Both the position numbers and the translations under genes were made by a program. A stretch of 40,771 bases of DNA from Bacteroidia bacterium (GTDB taxonomy: Bacteria; Bacteroidota; Bacteroidia; Bacteroidales; SM23-62), in contig JBGPAO010000003.1 of NCBI GenBank assembly GCA_041480755.1, positions 1-40,771 of the forward strand, written 5' to 3'. Position 1 is the stretch's first letter; the number at the start of each line of letters is the position of its first letter. The notes below the pieces were generated by a model. That model had not been told where the DNA came from and searched no databases. It saw only the letters and a list, made by a program, of their open reading frames with translations. Of the stretch, positions 9,232 to 19,018 are shown piece after piece.

Positions 9232-9810
9232 ATGGCTTTTACATTACGTATTGGAGAGAAAGCGCCGGATTTCAAGCTTCCGGCAACAGATGGAAAAACC
9301 TATCAGCTGGGTGATTTCAAGGATAAATTTCTGGTTATATTTTTCACTTGCAACCATTGTCCATATGTACTCGGATCCGATGAGACAACAAGGATGACTG
9401 CGGAAAAGTTTTGGGACAAAGGAGTAAGATTTGTTGGCATAAATTCCAACAGTCCCAGGACCTATCCTCAGGACAGTTTTGATAATATGGTCAAACGGAT
9501 GAATCAGCTTAAATTCCCATGGTTATACCTTTTCGACGCCAGCCAGGACATTGCCCATGCCTTTGGTGCATTACGGACACCTCATTTCTTTGTTTTCGAT
9601 GAGAAGCGGTATCTGGTTTACACAGGCAGGGGACTTGATAATCCCCGTGAAGCGTCCAGAAGTAAGGTCAATGATTTGGACAGGACACTCACCGAGCTTA
9701 CGGAAGGCAGGCAGATCAGTGTACCACTTACAAATCCTATAGGTTGCACTATTAAATGGGAAGGTATGGACTCACACTGGATGCCCACCGATGCCAGGGA
9801 CCTGGTTTGA
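9232..9810 (+). CDS. Thioredoxin-fold AhpC/TSA-like redoxin (CNHC)
   Basis: [26 protein letters not shown]-x-GR-x-D and IGCTIKW; start moved to MAFTL. Confidence 0.9.
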   Translation: MAFTLRIGEKAPDFKLPATDGKTYQLGDFKDKFLVIFFTCNHCPYVLGSDETTRMTAEKFWDKGVRFVGINSNSPRTYPQDSFDNMVKRMNQLKFPWLYLFDASQDIAHAFGALRTPHFFVFDEKRYLVYTGRGLDNPREASRSKVNDLDRTLTELTEGRQISVPLTNPIGCTIKWEGMDSHWMPTDARDLV

Positions 9811-10479
9811 CACTATTTCGCCGAGATCAATTATCTGAAGCTGAAATCTTGAGTTCAAAACCATTGCTGCAAGATCACAAATTTTGCAATCTGCTCCATT
9901 CATTACTTCAGAGTCTGAAGTTGCGATGATCCCTTCTTTTTTCAACATCAATTCTTTATCCGGATTATTGACCACAATTGCTTGCCCGTTCAGTTTTTTC
10001 TCCTTAAGGCATCCCCGTATATGTTCAGCCAGGTCTCCACTATATGAAACCGGATTATCAATGAAGAAAACAATCTCTGAAGGACCCGCTGTTACGAGAT
10101 ATTCCATTAAATAATCAACCGATCTCATAAATACTTTTTCACGATTAATTTTGGCATGGGTTTCGCCTGCATCCCTTATAAATCCGTCATTGCTTATAAA
10201 CACTATCCTGCCAAGCAAATAATTTGATATGATGAGTAGAACATTATAGGTGTCAATAAAAAGGACGGAATCCTTTATGTTATGTACCGACTTTTTATAC
10301 CTGTCAACTGCATCCTTTTTCCTTACTATACCCCGGTTGAGTAAAGTTCTCTGGGTTTTATTCAGGAGATACCGGTCTCCTATCAGTTTTAATATTGCCT
10401 TACGAGGATATTCATTTTCAATAAGATAGGAAAAATCCCTGATAGCTTGTATGAAATTTTCAGAAAAGATTTCATTCAT
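9772..10479 (-). CDS. DUF434/DUF5616-like protein (PIN-like fold suspected)
   Basis: N-terminal D..YL....YP...L..IGDRY.L..QR..L.R, then IDTYNVL, DGFIRD, D-x-PVSYSG and IATSDS; 3' end overlaps the redoxin gene by 39 nt. Confidence 0.8.
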   Translation of the reverse strand: MNEIFSENFIQAIRDFSYLIENEYPRKAILKLIGDRYLLNKTQRTLLNRGIVRKKDAVDRYKKSVHNIKDSVLFIDTYNVLLIISNYLLGRIVFISNDGFIRDAGETHAKINREKVFMRSVDYLMEYLVTAGPSEIVFFIDNPVSYSGDLAEHIRGCLKEKKLNGQAIVVNNPDKELMLKKEGIIATSDSEVMNGADCKICDLAAMVLNSRFQLQIIDLGEIVSNQVPGIGGHPV

Positions 10480-10641
10480 ATCAGTAATTTATTGTAAAAG
10501 TAAAACATTTTGATGGTCCCCAATTTCGTTTTTCATTGATTTTCCGCAGAATTTCTGCCTTATTTTAGATTGTTTTCCTTTAAATTAATAGCTTGTTAAT
10601 TCATTATGCATTGAAAATTATTGTATTAGACTGTAATTGAT

Positions 10642-10649
10642 TAGATTTG
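10642..10649 (+). promoter_or_regulatory. -7 element (TAGATTTG)
   Basis: TAnnTTTG upstream of the SPOR gene. Confidence 0.45.
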
Positions 10650-10687
10650 TATTAATTGTAACTCAATATTAATTTAAATTCATAGTG

Positions 10688-11176
10688 ATGAAAAAAATCG
10701 CATACGTCCTTACACTTGCTCTGGTTACTTTTTCTGGATGTAAATTTGTTAATGAAAGAATACTTGGGAGGGAAGCTGACACACTTGAAATTTACACTTC
10801 AGACCTTGAAAGACAGCTCGCAGGAATTGAAAGCGAACATTTCTATGAGCTGGAAAAACTTAAAATGGAATCACAATCAAAGATTGATTCAATAATAAAT
10901 TACTATGAATCGCAGCTTTCCGGAAAAGGAAGGAAATATACAGGTGCAGCAACCGGTGCATATTATATTATTGTCGGAAGTTTCAAAACTCCCGGATATG
11001 CTGATAACTGGTCTTCAAAAGTCACAGCTATGGGTTATCCGGCTCAAATTGTCCCGATGGGATACTGGAACCTTGTATCAACCGGATCTTACACATCTCT
11101 GAGAGAAGCATCCAGGAACCTTGAAAAATTCAGAACAGCGGTTGCCCCTGATTCCTGGATCTACGTTGCAAGATAG
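10688..11176 (+). CDS. SPOR-domain lipoprotein
   Basis: Lipobox TFSGC, coiled-coil linker and C-terminal YYIIVGSFK..A...SWI SPOR pattern; GTG 10685 is an alternative start. Confidence 0.8.
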   Translation: MKKIAYVLTLALVTFSGCKFVNERILGREADTLEIYTSDLERQLAGIESEHFYELEKLKMESQSKIDSIINYYESQLSGKGRKYTGAATGAYYIIVGSFKTPGYADNWSSKVTAMGYPAQIVPMGYWNLVSTGSYTSLREASRNLEKFRTAVAPDSWIYVAR

Positions 11177-11192
11177 ATTATTATTTTCCTCT

Positions 11193-12401
11193 CTATGCAC
11201 TTCCAGTCATTATAAATAATGGCTGAAACTCAAAACTCTTATAATGAGGTCTTAGCCTGTCAGCATTATAATGTTTCTTCACATCAACGAGCTTTTTGGA
11301 ACTTGTTACCACATCAAGGGGAGCATTGTCATAACGGCCATTTCTCAATACAACCAGCCGCCCATGGATGCCTTTAAGTATCAGGTCAAGAGCAAGGTTT
11401 CCATAAGCCATTGGCACTATTGAATCAATGGCATCTGGATCACCTCCCCTGACTAAATAACCAAGACGCTGGTTAATGACATTTATCCGCTGGCCATGAT
11501 TATATTCTGATGAAAGATTATTAATTTTCTCGGAAATTATGTCTCCAATCCCGCCTAGCTTGGCATGTCCGAACATATCTTTCTCCTTATTTGAGAAGAC
11601 CATCTCCTCATGCTCATCCATCATGGCACCTTCTGAAACCAGCACAATAGAATATTTGCTCGGATTCCGGTTCCTGTCATCTACAAGCAGTTCAGTAAGC
11701 CGTTCCACTTTAAACTTAAATTCTGGTATTACACAACGGTTTGCAGCGCCAGCCATTGTAGGCAGCATTGCAGTAAAGCCTGCATATCGGCCAAAAACCT
11801 CAATAACCAGTATCCTTTCATGAGAACCTGCTGAAGTTCTGAGAGTATTGCAGAGACTGATGGTTCTTGTCACACAGGTACTGAAACCTATACAATAATC
11901 AGTCCCGGGAACATCGTTATCCATTGTCTTTGGTATTGCTATTACCTTTACACCTTCCTGGTACATCCTTACTCCATAACTCAGCGTATCATCACCGCCG
12001 ATAGGAATAAGGAAATCAATACCAAGAAAATCAAGATTCTTGATGATCTCAGGAGTCATGTCATTTATTTCCTTTGTGTACTTATCTTTCAAATGAGGAG
12101 GCACTATTGCCTGTGGAACATGGCTTGGCCTCGTCCTTGATGTATGAAGAAAAGTACCACCGGTCCTGCCGGCTTTATTAACAATATCCTCTGTGAGGGG
12201 CATGTATTTGTTGCTGTTATCGGCTTTTTTATCCCTGACCAGTTCCAGCAAACCACCCCAGCCACGCTTCAAACCAATAACCTGGTATCCTTCCCTTAAT
12301 GCGCGGATCGTTATGGCCCGTATAGCCGGATTCAAACCCGGAACATCCCCCCCACCAGTAAGAATGCCGATGGTCCCTTTTGTCTTTTTGATATTAACCA
12401 T
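11193..12401 (-). CDS. pfkA: 6-phosphofructokinase, probably PPi-dependent (mixed-substrate group III type)
   Basis: LTGGGDVPGLN, GGTFLHTSR, IGGDDT, PKTMDND, EVFGRYAG and LGYLVRGG. Confidence 0.92.
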   Translation of the reverse strand: MVNIKKTKGTIGILTGGGDVPGLNPAIRAITIRALREGYQVIGLKRGWGGLLELVRDKKADNSNKYMPLTEDIVNKAGRTGGTFLHTSRTRPSHVPQAIVPPHLKDKYTKEINDMTPEIIKNLDFLGIDFLIPIGGDDTLSYGVRMYQEGVKVIAIPKTMDNDVPGTDYCIGFSTCVTRTISLCNTLRTSAGSHERILVIEVFGRYAGFTAMLPTMAGAANRCVIPEFKFKVERLTELLVDDRNRNPSKYSIVLVSEGAMMDEHEEMVFSNKEKDMFGHAKLGGIGDIISEKINNLSSEYNHGQRINVINQRLGYLVRGGDPDAIDSIVPMAYGNLALDLILKGIHGRLVVLRNGRYDNAPLDVVTSSKKLVDVKKHYNADRLRPHYKSFEFQPLFIMTGSA

Positions 12402-12467
12402 TTTAGATGCTATTTATAAGTTTATTTTATCCAAAACGCGTAAATATATGAAATATTTAAAACCGCT

Positions 12468-12523
12468 GAATAGTTAAATTGCTAAATTGTTACATTGTTA
12501 AATTGTTACGATGACAGGATGTT
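12468..12523. repeat. Octamer tandem array (AAATTGYT consensus), left arm
   Basis: gaatagtt aaattgct aaattgtt acattgtt aaattgtt acgatgac aggatgtt. Confidence 0.8.
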
Positions 12524-12571
12524 AGAAGTATTTCGTCTTGAATTATGATTATTATTTTCTATATGCTATTC

Positions 12572-12659
12572 AGCAATTTAACAGTTTAACAGTTTAGCAA
12601 TTTAACAGTTTAGCCATACAGCCATTTAGCAATTTAACAATTTAACAGTTTAGCCATAT
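12572..12659. repeat. Octamer tandem array (ARCARTTT consensus, 11 units), right arm, inverted relative to the left arm
   Basis: agcaattt aacagttt aacagttt agcaattt aacagttt agccatac agccattt agcaattt aacaattt aacagttt agccatat; AGCAATTT and AACAATTT are reverse complements of left-arm units. Confidence 0.9.
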
Positions 12660-12666
12660 TATTACT

Positions 12667-12674
12667 TAATTTTG
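12667..12674 (+). promoter_or_regulatory. -7 element (TAATTTTG) for yidD
   Basis: TAnnTTTG 23 nt before ATG 12698. Confidence 0.55.
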
Positions 12675-12697
12675 CAGAATCTGGATTTAGAGGGATT

Positions 12698-12982
12698 ATG
12701 TGGCAAAAAATAAGGAACATATTATTGGAGATTGTTATATTCCCGATAAGACTTTACCAGTGGACCATATCTCCCTTGCTCCATCCTTCATGCAGACATG
12801 TACCGTCGTGTTCGCAGTATGCTATTGAAGCCCTTAAAATACATGGTGTTTTTACCGGAACATACCTCGCTTTCAGAAGAATAATCAGGTGCCACCCCTG
12901 GGGTACTTATGGTTTTGATCCTGTACCACCCAGGCCATATAGAATTTTCAAATTCAAAAAACTGAGTTCAGGAAAGCACTAA
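12698..12982 (+). CDS. yidD: Membrane protein insertion efficiency factor YidD
   Basis: YQWTISP...CRHVPSCSQYAIEALKIHG...RIIRCHPWG..GFDPVP. Confidence 0.95.
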   Translation: MWQKIRNILLEIVIFPIRLYQWTISPLLHPSCRHVPSCSQYAIEALKIHGVFTGTYLAFRRIIRCHPWGTYGFDPVPPRPYRIFKFKKLSSGKH

Positions 12983-12999
12983 AGATAATTTTAGCATCT

Positions 13000-14088
13000 A
13001 TGCACGAACACGGCCAGATAAACGGTCTCCTTGTAGAGGATATTCATTTCGAAAACATAGTGCAATTCCTTACAGAGATATTTAAACAGGCACTGGTCAT
13101 AACTTTATTTGTTATGATCATGATGCTGTTGATTGAGTACCTGACTGTTCAGACCAAAGGCAGATGGAGGAAACCTTTTGAAAGAAACCTGTTCCTGCAG
13201 ATTCTGTTCGCCGCAATAATGGGATTAATACCCGGATGTCTTGGAAATTTTATCGTTGTTGCACTTTTTGCACACCGCCTGATAAATTTTGCCGCCCTGG
13301 TCACAGCTATGCTTGCTTCTTCCGGAGACGAGGCTTTCATAATGCTGGCAATAATGCCAACCAAAGCACTCCTGTTATTTCTTGTTTTATTCTGTATATC
13401 AGTTGTTGTCGGGTTGATCCTGACCCTTTTTCCATTTGGAAAGGCAAAGATGTACCTTCCAATCAATCATTTAAGTTTGCATGAGCAGGATCCTGACTGT
13501 ACCTGTTTTGAACCATCACAGATATTGCCCCAGTTGAAAAAAATATCGTTTGAACGTGCTGTTTTGCTGGGAGGTGGAATAATATTTACCATTCTTATTT
13601 TAAGTGGTGACATAGGGTCTGAAGAGTGGAACTGGAGCAGGATAATCTTCCTGTTTGTTGCACTGGTTGAGGTTTTTATTACCGCCACTGTGCCCGATCA
13701 TTTTCTCATCGATCATCTCTGGGGACACGTAATACGAAGGCATTTCCTTAAAGTGTTCCTCTGGACCTTTGGAGCTTTTGTAATTATTCATACAGGACTG
13801 GAATTCCTGAATCTGGAAGTGTGGCTTAAAAATAATCTCATACTGGTTCTCCTTATTGCAGTAATTGTTGGTATCATACCTGAATCAGGACCCCATCTGG
13901 TTTTCGTTACCCTTTTTGCAAGCGGATCAATTCCTTTCAGTATCCTGCTGGCAAATTCAATTGTCCAGGACGGGCACGGAGCGTTGCCCTTACTGGCTGA
14001 ATCAAGAAAAAGCTTCGTTTATATGAAGGCCGTTAATTTTTCAGTCGGATTTCTTGCAGGTATTATTGGTATTTTAGCGGGATTTTGA
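13000..14088 (+). CDS. Putative multi-TM heavy-metal/manganese transporter (ArsP_2/DUF2899-like)
   Basis: About 10 TM helices; GLIPGCLG, SSGDEAF, IPESGPH and QDGHG motifs; His/Cys loop HLSLHEQDPDC. Confidence 0.8.
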   Translation: MHEHGQINGLLVEDIHFENIVQFLTEIFKQALVITLFVMIMMLLIEYLTVQTKGRWRKPFERNLFLQILFAAIMGLIPGCLGNFIVVALFAHRLINFAALVTAMLASSGDEAFIMLAIMPTKALLLFLVLFCISVVVGLILTLFPFGKAKMYLPINHLSLHEQDPDCTCFEPSQILPQLKKISFERAVLLGGGIIFTILILSGDIGSEEWNWSRIIFLFVALVEVFITATVPDHFLIDHLWGHVIRRHFLKVFLWTFGAFVIIHTGLEFLNLEVWLKNNLILVLLIAVIVGIIPESGPHLVFVTLFASGSIPFSILLANSIVQDGHGALPLLAESRKSFVYMKAVNFSVGFLAGIIGILAGF

Positions 14089-14129
14089 GATATGCAGACA
14101 ATTGTCTGAATGACAAATAATTTTTCTGC

Positions 14130-14137
14130 TACTTTTG
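14130..14137 (+). promoter_or_regulatory. -7 element (TACTTTTG) for dapD-GT4-tsaC
   Basis: TAnnTTTG 18 nt before ATG 14156. Confidence 0.55.
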
Positions 14138-14155
14138 TAAAAGAAATTCCTTATT

Positions 14156-14974
14156 ATGTTTACCCAATACCAGTTAAAAATCCAGGAAGCCTGGGAAGAC
14201 AGATTACTGCTGAAAGAAAACGACGTTAAAGAAGCTATTAATGCTGTTATTGAACATCTTGATAAAGGCCGGTTGAGAGTGGCAGAGCCCACAGATGATG
14301 GGTGGAAAGTTAACGAGTGGATCAAAAAAGCAGTTATCCTGTATTTTCTTATTAGGGAGCTCAAGGTTATGGAACTTGGTCCTCTTGAATTCCACGATAA
14401 AATTCCTGTTAAAAAAGGATATAAAGAACTTGGTGTAAGGGTCGTTCCCCATGCACTTGCGCGTTACGGATCATACCTTGCAAGAGGAGTAATTATGATG
14501 CCCTCTTATGTAAATATAGGTGCATATGTAGATGAAGGTACGATGGTGGACACGTGGGCTACAGTAGGTTCATGTGCTCAAGTCGGGAAATATGTTCATT
14601 TGAGCGGTGGTGTTGGCATTGGAGGTGTACTTGAGCCGGTTCAGGCTGCACCGGTTATAATCGAAGACAACTGTTTTATCGGATCACGCTGTATCATTGT
14701 TGAAGGAGTAAAAGTTGAAAAAGAAGCTGTTCTGGGGGCAAATGTTGTTGTGACTAATTCTACACGCATTATTGATGTTACGGGTGAAAAACAGATAGAA
14801 TATAAAGGAATTGTCCCGGCCCGATCAGTAGTCATTCCGGGAACATACACCAAAAAATTCCCTGCAGGTGATTACGGAGTGTCCTGTGCTCTTATCATAG
14901 GGAAAAGAAAAGAATCTACCGATAAAAAAGTCTCCCTCAACCAGACTCTGCGGGATTATAAAATACCAGTGTAA
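14156..14974 (+). CDS. dapD: 2,3,4,5-tetrahydropyridine-2,6-dicarboxylate N-succinyltransferase
   Basis: LDKGRLRVAEP, W.VNEWIKKA, MPSYVNIGAYVDEGTMVDTWATVGSCAQVG and HLSGGVGIGGVLEP. Confidence 0.97.
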   Translation: MFTQYQLKIQEAWEDRLLLKENDVKEAINAVIEHLDKGRLRVAEPTDDGWKVNEWIKKAVILYFLIRELKVMELGPLEFHDKIPVKKGYKELGVRVVPHALARYGSYLARGVIMMPSYVNIGAYVDEGTMVDTWATVGSCAQVGKYVHLSGGVGIGGVLEPVQAAPVIIEDNCFIGSRCIIVEGVKVEKEAVLGANVVVTNSTRIIDVTGEKQIEYKGIVPARSVVIPGTYTKKFPAGDYGVSCALIIGKRKESTDKKVSLNQTLRDYKIPV

Positions 14975-16092
14975 TGCGTATCGGATTTGACGCAAAAAGA
15001 GCATTCTTTAATTACAGCGGACTTGGTAATTACTGCCGTAATACTATTCAGTATCTGACCCAGCATTATCCTGAAAATGAATATCTCCTTTACATACCTC
15101 AAAAATCACTTACTCCTCCCTTTCAGAATGCTCCCGGCCGGCAGCTTATTTATCCTGATGGTCCGGTATCCGAATTATTCCCTTCATTTTGGAGAAGCTT
15201 TTTATTACCCCGAAAACTTTATTCAGATAAGATAAATCTGTACCACGGCCTGAGCAATGAGATTCCTTTCGGGATCCACAAATACAAAATTAAATCAGTT
15301 GTTACTATTCATGATCTTATCTTTCTAAGATACCCTGAATGGTATAACAGGATTGACAGGATGATCTATAAGAGAAAAACCCTTTATAGCTGCAGGAATG
15401 CCGACCGTATCATTGCTATTTCCAATCAGACCAGGGATGATATAATCGAATTTTATAAAATCAGTCCCGAAAAGATTGACGTTGTATATCAGGGATGTGA
15501 TCCTCAGTTTTATAAAGAATCAGCTCAGTCCCTGAAGGAGGAAATATTAAAAAAATACAATATTTCAGCCGGGTATCTTTTGTATGTTGGCACTATTGAA
15601 AAGCGCAAGAACCTGCTTAATATTGTTAAGGCGCTGCATTCAGGAAAAATTTCCAGGCCGTTGGTTGTTATTGGCAGACAAACCAGCTATGCAAAGGTTG
15701 TAAAAGAATATGTTGACACACATCAACTAAAGAATATCAGGTTTCTTGAAAATGTTCCCGGCCAGGATCTGGCTTCAATTTATCAGATGGCATCACTGTT
15801 TATTTACCCGTCCGTTTATGAAGGATTTGGAATACCCATCCTTGAAGCACTCTATTCAAAAATACCTGTCATTACTACATCAGGGGGATGCTTCAGGGAA
15901 GCCGGCGGTGAACATTCAATTTATATTGATCCTGAAAATATTGAACAGATTTCGGATTCAATAAAAGAAGTTCTCAATAATAATGAACTGCGGCTGAACA
16001 TGATCATTAATGGTTATGATCATGCCCTCAGGTTTAATGACAGGACTATTGCTCACAATCTTATTATGGTGTACCGGTCGGTTACAAATTAG
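14974..16092 (+). CDS. Glycosyltransferase family 4 (GT-B)
   Basis: MRIGFDAKR, TIHDL, VGTIEKRKN and PSVYEGFGIPILEA; TAATG coupling with dapD. Confidence 0.92.
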   Translation: MRIGFDAKRAFFNYSGLGNYCRNTIQYLTQHYPENEYLLYIPQKSLTPPFQNAPGRQLIYPDGPVSELFPSFWRSFLLPRKLYSDKINLYHGLSNEIPFGIHKYKIKSVVTIHDLIFLRYPEWYNRIDRMIYKRKTLYSCRNADRIIAISNQTRDDIIEFYKISPEKIDVVYQGCDPQFYKESAQSLKEEILKKYNISAGYLLYVGTIEKRKNLLNIVKALHSGKISRPLVVIGRQTSYAKVVKEYVDTHQLKNIRFLENVPGQDLASIYQMASLFIYPSVYEGFGIPILEALYSKIPVITTSGGCFREAGGEHSIYIDPENIEQISDSIKEVLNNNELRLNMIINGYDHALRFNDRTIAHNLIMVYRSVTN

Positions 16093-16106
16093 GCAACACT
16101 GAAGAT

Positions 16107-16691
16107 ATGGAAAAAGATTTACAGAATTCACTTGATGTGCTTAAGAGAGGTGGTATTATTCTCTATCCTACAGATACAATCTGGGGTATTGGTTGTGATG
16201 CCACTAACCAGGAGGCCGTAGACAATATCCTGAGGGTCAAAAACAGGCAGGATGATAAAGGTCTGCTCGTCCTGATTGACGATCCTGAAAAATTGTCATA
16301 TTTTGTTGCTGAAATTCCTGAAATCGCATGGGAACTGGTAACGATACCTGATCAGCCTTTAACTCTGGTATATCCCGGCGGAATCAATCTTCCGGCCAAT
16401 GTTTTACATAGTGACGGATCAGTGGGAATTAGAGTCACGAATGATATTTTCTGCAGGGAGTTGATTCACCGGCTCGGCAAGCCGCTTATTTCCACATCTG
16501 CAAATAAATCCGGGGAACCTTTTCCATCAACTTTTGCAGATATAGAAGAGGATATTAAATCTAATGTTGACTACATTGTTAAATGGAGACAAAACGACCT
16601 GTCCTTAAAAAATCCATCTTCTATCGTAAAACTCGGACTAAAAGGCGAGGTTGAAATAATAAGGCCGGGGATTCCCGGCCCTGAGAAATAA
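16107..16691 (+). CDS. tsaC: L-threonylcarbamoyladenylate synthase (Sua5/YrdC)
   Basis: ILYPTDTIWGIGCDA, VGIRV and STSANKSG. Confidence 0.93.
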   Translation: MEKDLQNSLDVLKRGGIILYPTDTIWGIGCDATNQEAVDNILRVKNRQDDKGLLVLIDDPEKLSYFVAEIPEIAWELVTIPDQPLTLVYPGGINLPANVLHSDGSVGIRVTNDIFCRELIHRLGKPLISTSANKSGEPFPSTFADIEEDIKSNVDYIVKWRQNDLSLKNPSSIVKLGLKGEVEIIRPGIPGPEK

Positions 16692-16705
16692 GTAAAATAT
16701 CTTAA

Positions 16706-17398
16706 TTATAATTTCCGTACTTTCCCGGATCCTGATACTGAAGCATCAATGGTGGGATTTCCGTTATAAAATACTGATCCGCTTCCGGAAACAGCTACAA
16801 TAAGCTCATTAGCCGCATATACTTTGCAATTCCCTGAGCCACTTATTCTTACATCTGTTTCCTTTGTCTGAAATTCATCGGCATTACAATTCCCTGAACC
16901 GCTGATTGCAATTGACATTTCATCAGCTGAACCTGCTACATCAATATTCCCTGAGCCGGAGATAGCGGCATCCACTTCGTCACACGAAATATCTTTAACA
17001 TTAATATTCCCGCTGCCGCTTAATTTTAATTCCATTTCATTAGCTTTTATTGCTGTTTCTGTGATCATATTTCCTGAACCTGAAAGATAGAGGCCTTCTA
17101 ATTCAGGTGTAGTAATCCAGATCCTGATTGGCATTTTGGATCTTACCCAGTTCTGGCTGAATCTTATCTTAAGTTCATCATTCTTTACTTCTGTAACAAT
17201 TAATCCGATTATCTCTTCATCAGCTTCAACTGTAAGTTTTGGAGTTGTACCCTGCGAAATATATACGTCACCACTAATACCCATACTGATCTTTGAAAAT
17301 GTTCCCACAGGACGATCTTCATTTTTCTGGGCTGATATGTTCATGACTGTAAGCAGTAAGCCGGCAGTAATCAGGAATAAAAATTTTCTTGTTCTCAT
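16706..17398 (-). CDS. Head GIN domain (DUF2807) exported protein
   Basis: Signal peptide ending ISA-Q and repeated SGSG beta-helix motifs. Confidence 0.9.
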   Translation of the reverse strand: MRTRKFLFLITAGLLLTVMNISAQKNEDRPVGTFSKISMGISGDVYISQGTTPKLTVEADEEIIGLIVTEVKNDELKIRFSQNWVRSKMPIRIWITTPELEGLYLSGSGNMITETAIKANEMELKLSGSGNINVKDISCDEVDAAISGSGNIDVAGSADEMSIAISGSGNCNADEFQTKETDVRISGSGNCKVYAANELIVAVSGSGSVFYNGNPTIDASVSGSGKVRKL

Positions 17399-17469
17399 AG
17401 TATATTTTTTTACATGTTGATTATTATAAACTAAAGACAGGATTAATTCAGATTTGCTGCATTAAATAA

Positions 17470-17985
17470 TCAGATTTGCAGAAAACCATCCGGAAGATCA
17501 ACCCTGATTAGTTTTTTATCAGGATTTATTTCCAGGATAATACCTTCCTGGATCGGTAGGAGGATTTCACGTTCCCTGTACTCACTCCTCAATAAATCAT
17601 TCCCCGGGATTTCAAGGATTCCAGTTGTTCTGCCGATAAAACCATCACTGACGTCAATAACCTTATACCCCGATAAGTCATTATCAGCTGGTTTCATAAG
17701 GGCATTTTTAAGTTCATTCCGGGGAAGCCAGATCTCTCTGTCCTTAAGTCTTTCTGCTTTTTCTTTTGTACTGATATCCCGGAATTTCAGGATAATCGCG
17801 TTATTTGAAAGGTTCTGCCAGGAGTCAATGAAAAAAGGAACCAGGAGTCCATCAATTTTTATCATTACATATTTCTGATCCTCACTAATCCCAATGGTGG
17901 TTATTTTTGTCCGGATAACCACCTCACCAGAAATACCCTTTGTTTTAATAACAGAACCAAGGAGCCTATATTCATCCCTGGTCAT
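17470..17985 (-). CDS. rimM: Ribosome maturation factor RimM
   Basis: G.VIKTKGISGEV, IDGLLVPFFI and PRC-barrel ending VDLPDG; directly downstream of rpsP; start moved to ATG 17985. Confidence 0.92.
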   Translation of the reverse strand: MTRDEYRLLGSVIKTKGISGEVVIRTKITTIGISEDQKYVMIKIDGLLVPFFIDSWQNLSNNAIILKFRDISTKEKAERLKDREIWLPRNELKNALMKPADNDLSGYKVIDVSDGFIGRTTGILEIPGNDLLRSEYREREILLPIQEGIILEINPDKKLIRVDLPDGFLQI

Positions 17986-17998
17986 ATTTGTTGTTTTA

Positions 17999-18823
17999 TT
18001 ATTCGGACTTCTCTTCTTTGTGTTCTTCGGAATTTTCTGCAGGTTCCTTACCTTCAGATTCACTTGTTACTTCCTGTCCTTCGCTTTTTTCTGCGGTTGG
18101 CTGTTCCTGTTCTGTCTTTTCTCCTTCAGCAGGTTTCGGCAGAGGTTTTTCGGCTTCGGTCATTTGTTCCTGGACATTTTTTTCATCCCCTGTTTCCTGT
18201 TTGCCGGCTTTTTTGTCATCAGCTGCTTCAGGAGTAACCTCTTGTGCCGGAGTTTCAGGTGCCGGAGTTTCAGGTGCCGGAGTTTCTGGTGCCGGAGTTT
18301 CAGGTGCCGGAGATTCAGCTTCCTTCTGTTCTCCTTCAGCTCCAGCTTCTTCCTGTTCGGCTAATTTGGAGATTTTCTTCAGGATTTCCTGTGCCCGTAC
18401 TTCTTTAACTTTCGATTCCTGTTCCAGATGCTCCCGTACATATTCCTCTTTCTCCTTTGAAATCCTTTCCCGTTTCTCATCAATCTTACTCTCTTTCTGT
18501 TTCATCCATTCATCAAATCTACGGTTTGCCTCTTCTTCAGTAAGGGCTCCTTTTTTAACACCTCCAAGCAGGTGTCTTTTCATTAAAATTCCCTTGTAAG
18601 ATAAAATTGCTCTTACAGTTTCGGTTGGTTGAGCGCCTTTATCCAGCCATTCCATCGCTTTATCAAAGCTGATGTCAATGGTAGCCGGATCTGTATTCGG
18701 ATTGTAAGTTCCTATTTTTTCAGTGAACCTGCCAGCCCGTGGCGCCCTGCTGTCTGCGATTACAATATGATAATACGCAAACTTCTTTTTTCCTTGTCTT
18801 GTTAATCTGATCTTTACAGACAT
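17999..18823 (-). CDS. rpsP: 30S ribosomal protein S16 with a long acidic C-terminal extension
   Basis: MSVKIRLTRQGKK..YHIVIADSRAPR.G...IGTYNP and GAQPTETV; 274 aa. Confidence 0.96.
   Translation of the reverse strand: MSVKIRLTRQGKKKFAYYHIVIADSRAPRAGRFTEKIGTYNPNTDPATIDISFDKAMEWLDKGAQPTETVRAILSYKGILMKRHLLGGVKKGALTEEEANRRFDEWMKQKESKIDEKRERISKEKEEYVREHLEQESKVKEVRAQEILKKISKLAEQEEAGAEGEQKEAESPAPETPAPETPAPETPAPETPAQEVTPEAADDKKAGKQETGDEKNVQEQMTEAEKPLPKPAEGEKTEQEQPTAEKSEGQEVTSESEGKEPAENSEEHKEEKSE
18244..18318. repeat. Coding tandem repeat, 5 x 15 bp (GTGCCGGAGTTTCAG), encoding PAPET repeats in S16
   Basis: Read directly; three exact units and two single-mismatch units. Confidence 0.92.
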
Positions 18824-18866
18824 ACGCTCATTTTTAGAATATTAAACCTTATTTTAATCAGGACTG

Positions 18867-18874
18867 CAAAGATA
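18867..18874 (-). promoter_or_regulatory. -7 element (TATCTTTG) for rpsP-rimM
   Basis: Minus strand reads TATCTTTGCA, 43 nt upstream of the rpsP ATG. Confidence 0.65.
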
Positions 18875-19018
18875 GATAAATCTGTATATTCTGAAAGTAA
18901 TTAACATAAATTTTTAATAAGGTACAGCATTTGCTGATTGATTCCTGAGCTTACAGATTTGTTAATTTCTTTCCTCATTTATTTATCAACATAGCCGGGT
19001 TTCCGTAAATCAATTTCT

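Noticed and set aside
12468-12659. CRISPR array
   Set aside because: Units are contiguous 8-mers with no unique spacers, and no cas genes are present.
17894-18599. Plus-strand ORFs of 156 and 203 aa
   Set aside because: Antisense shadows of the low-complexity rpsP tail.
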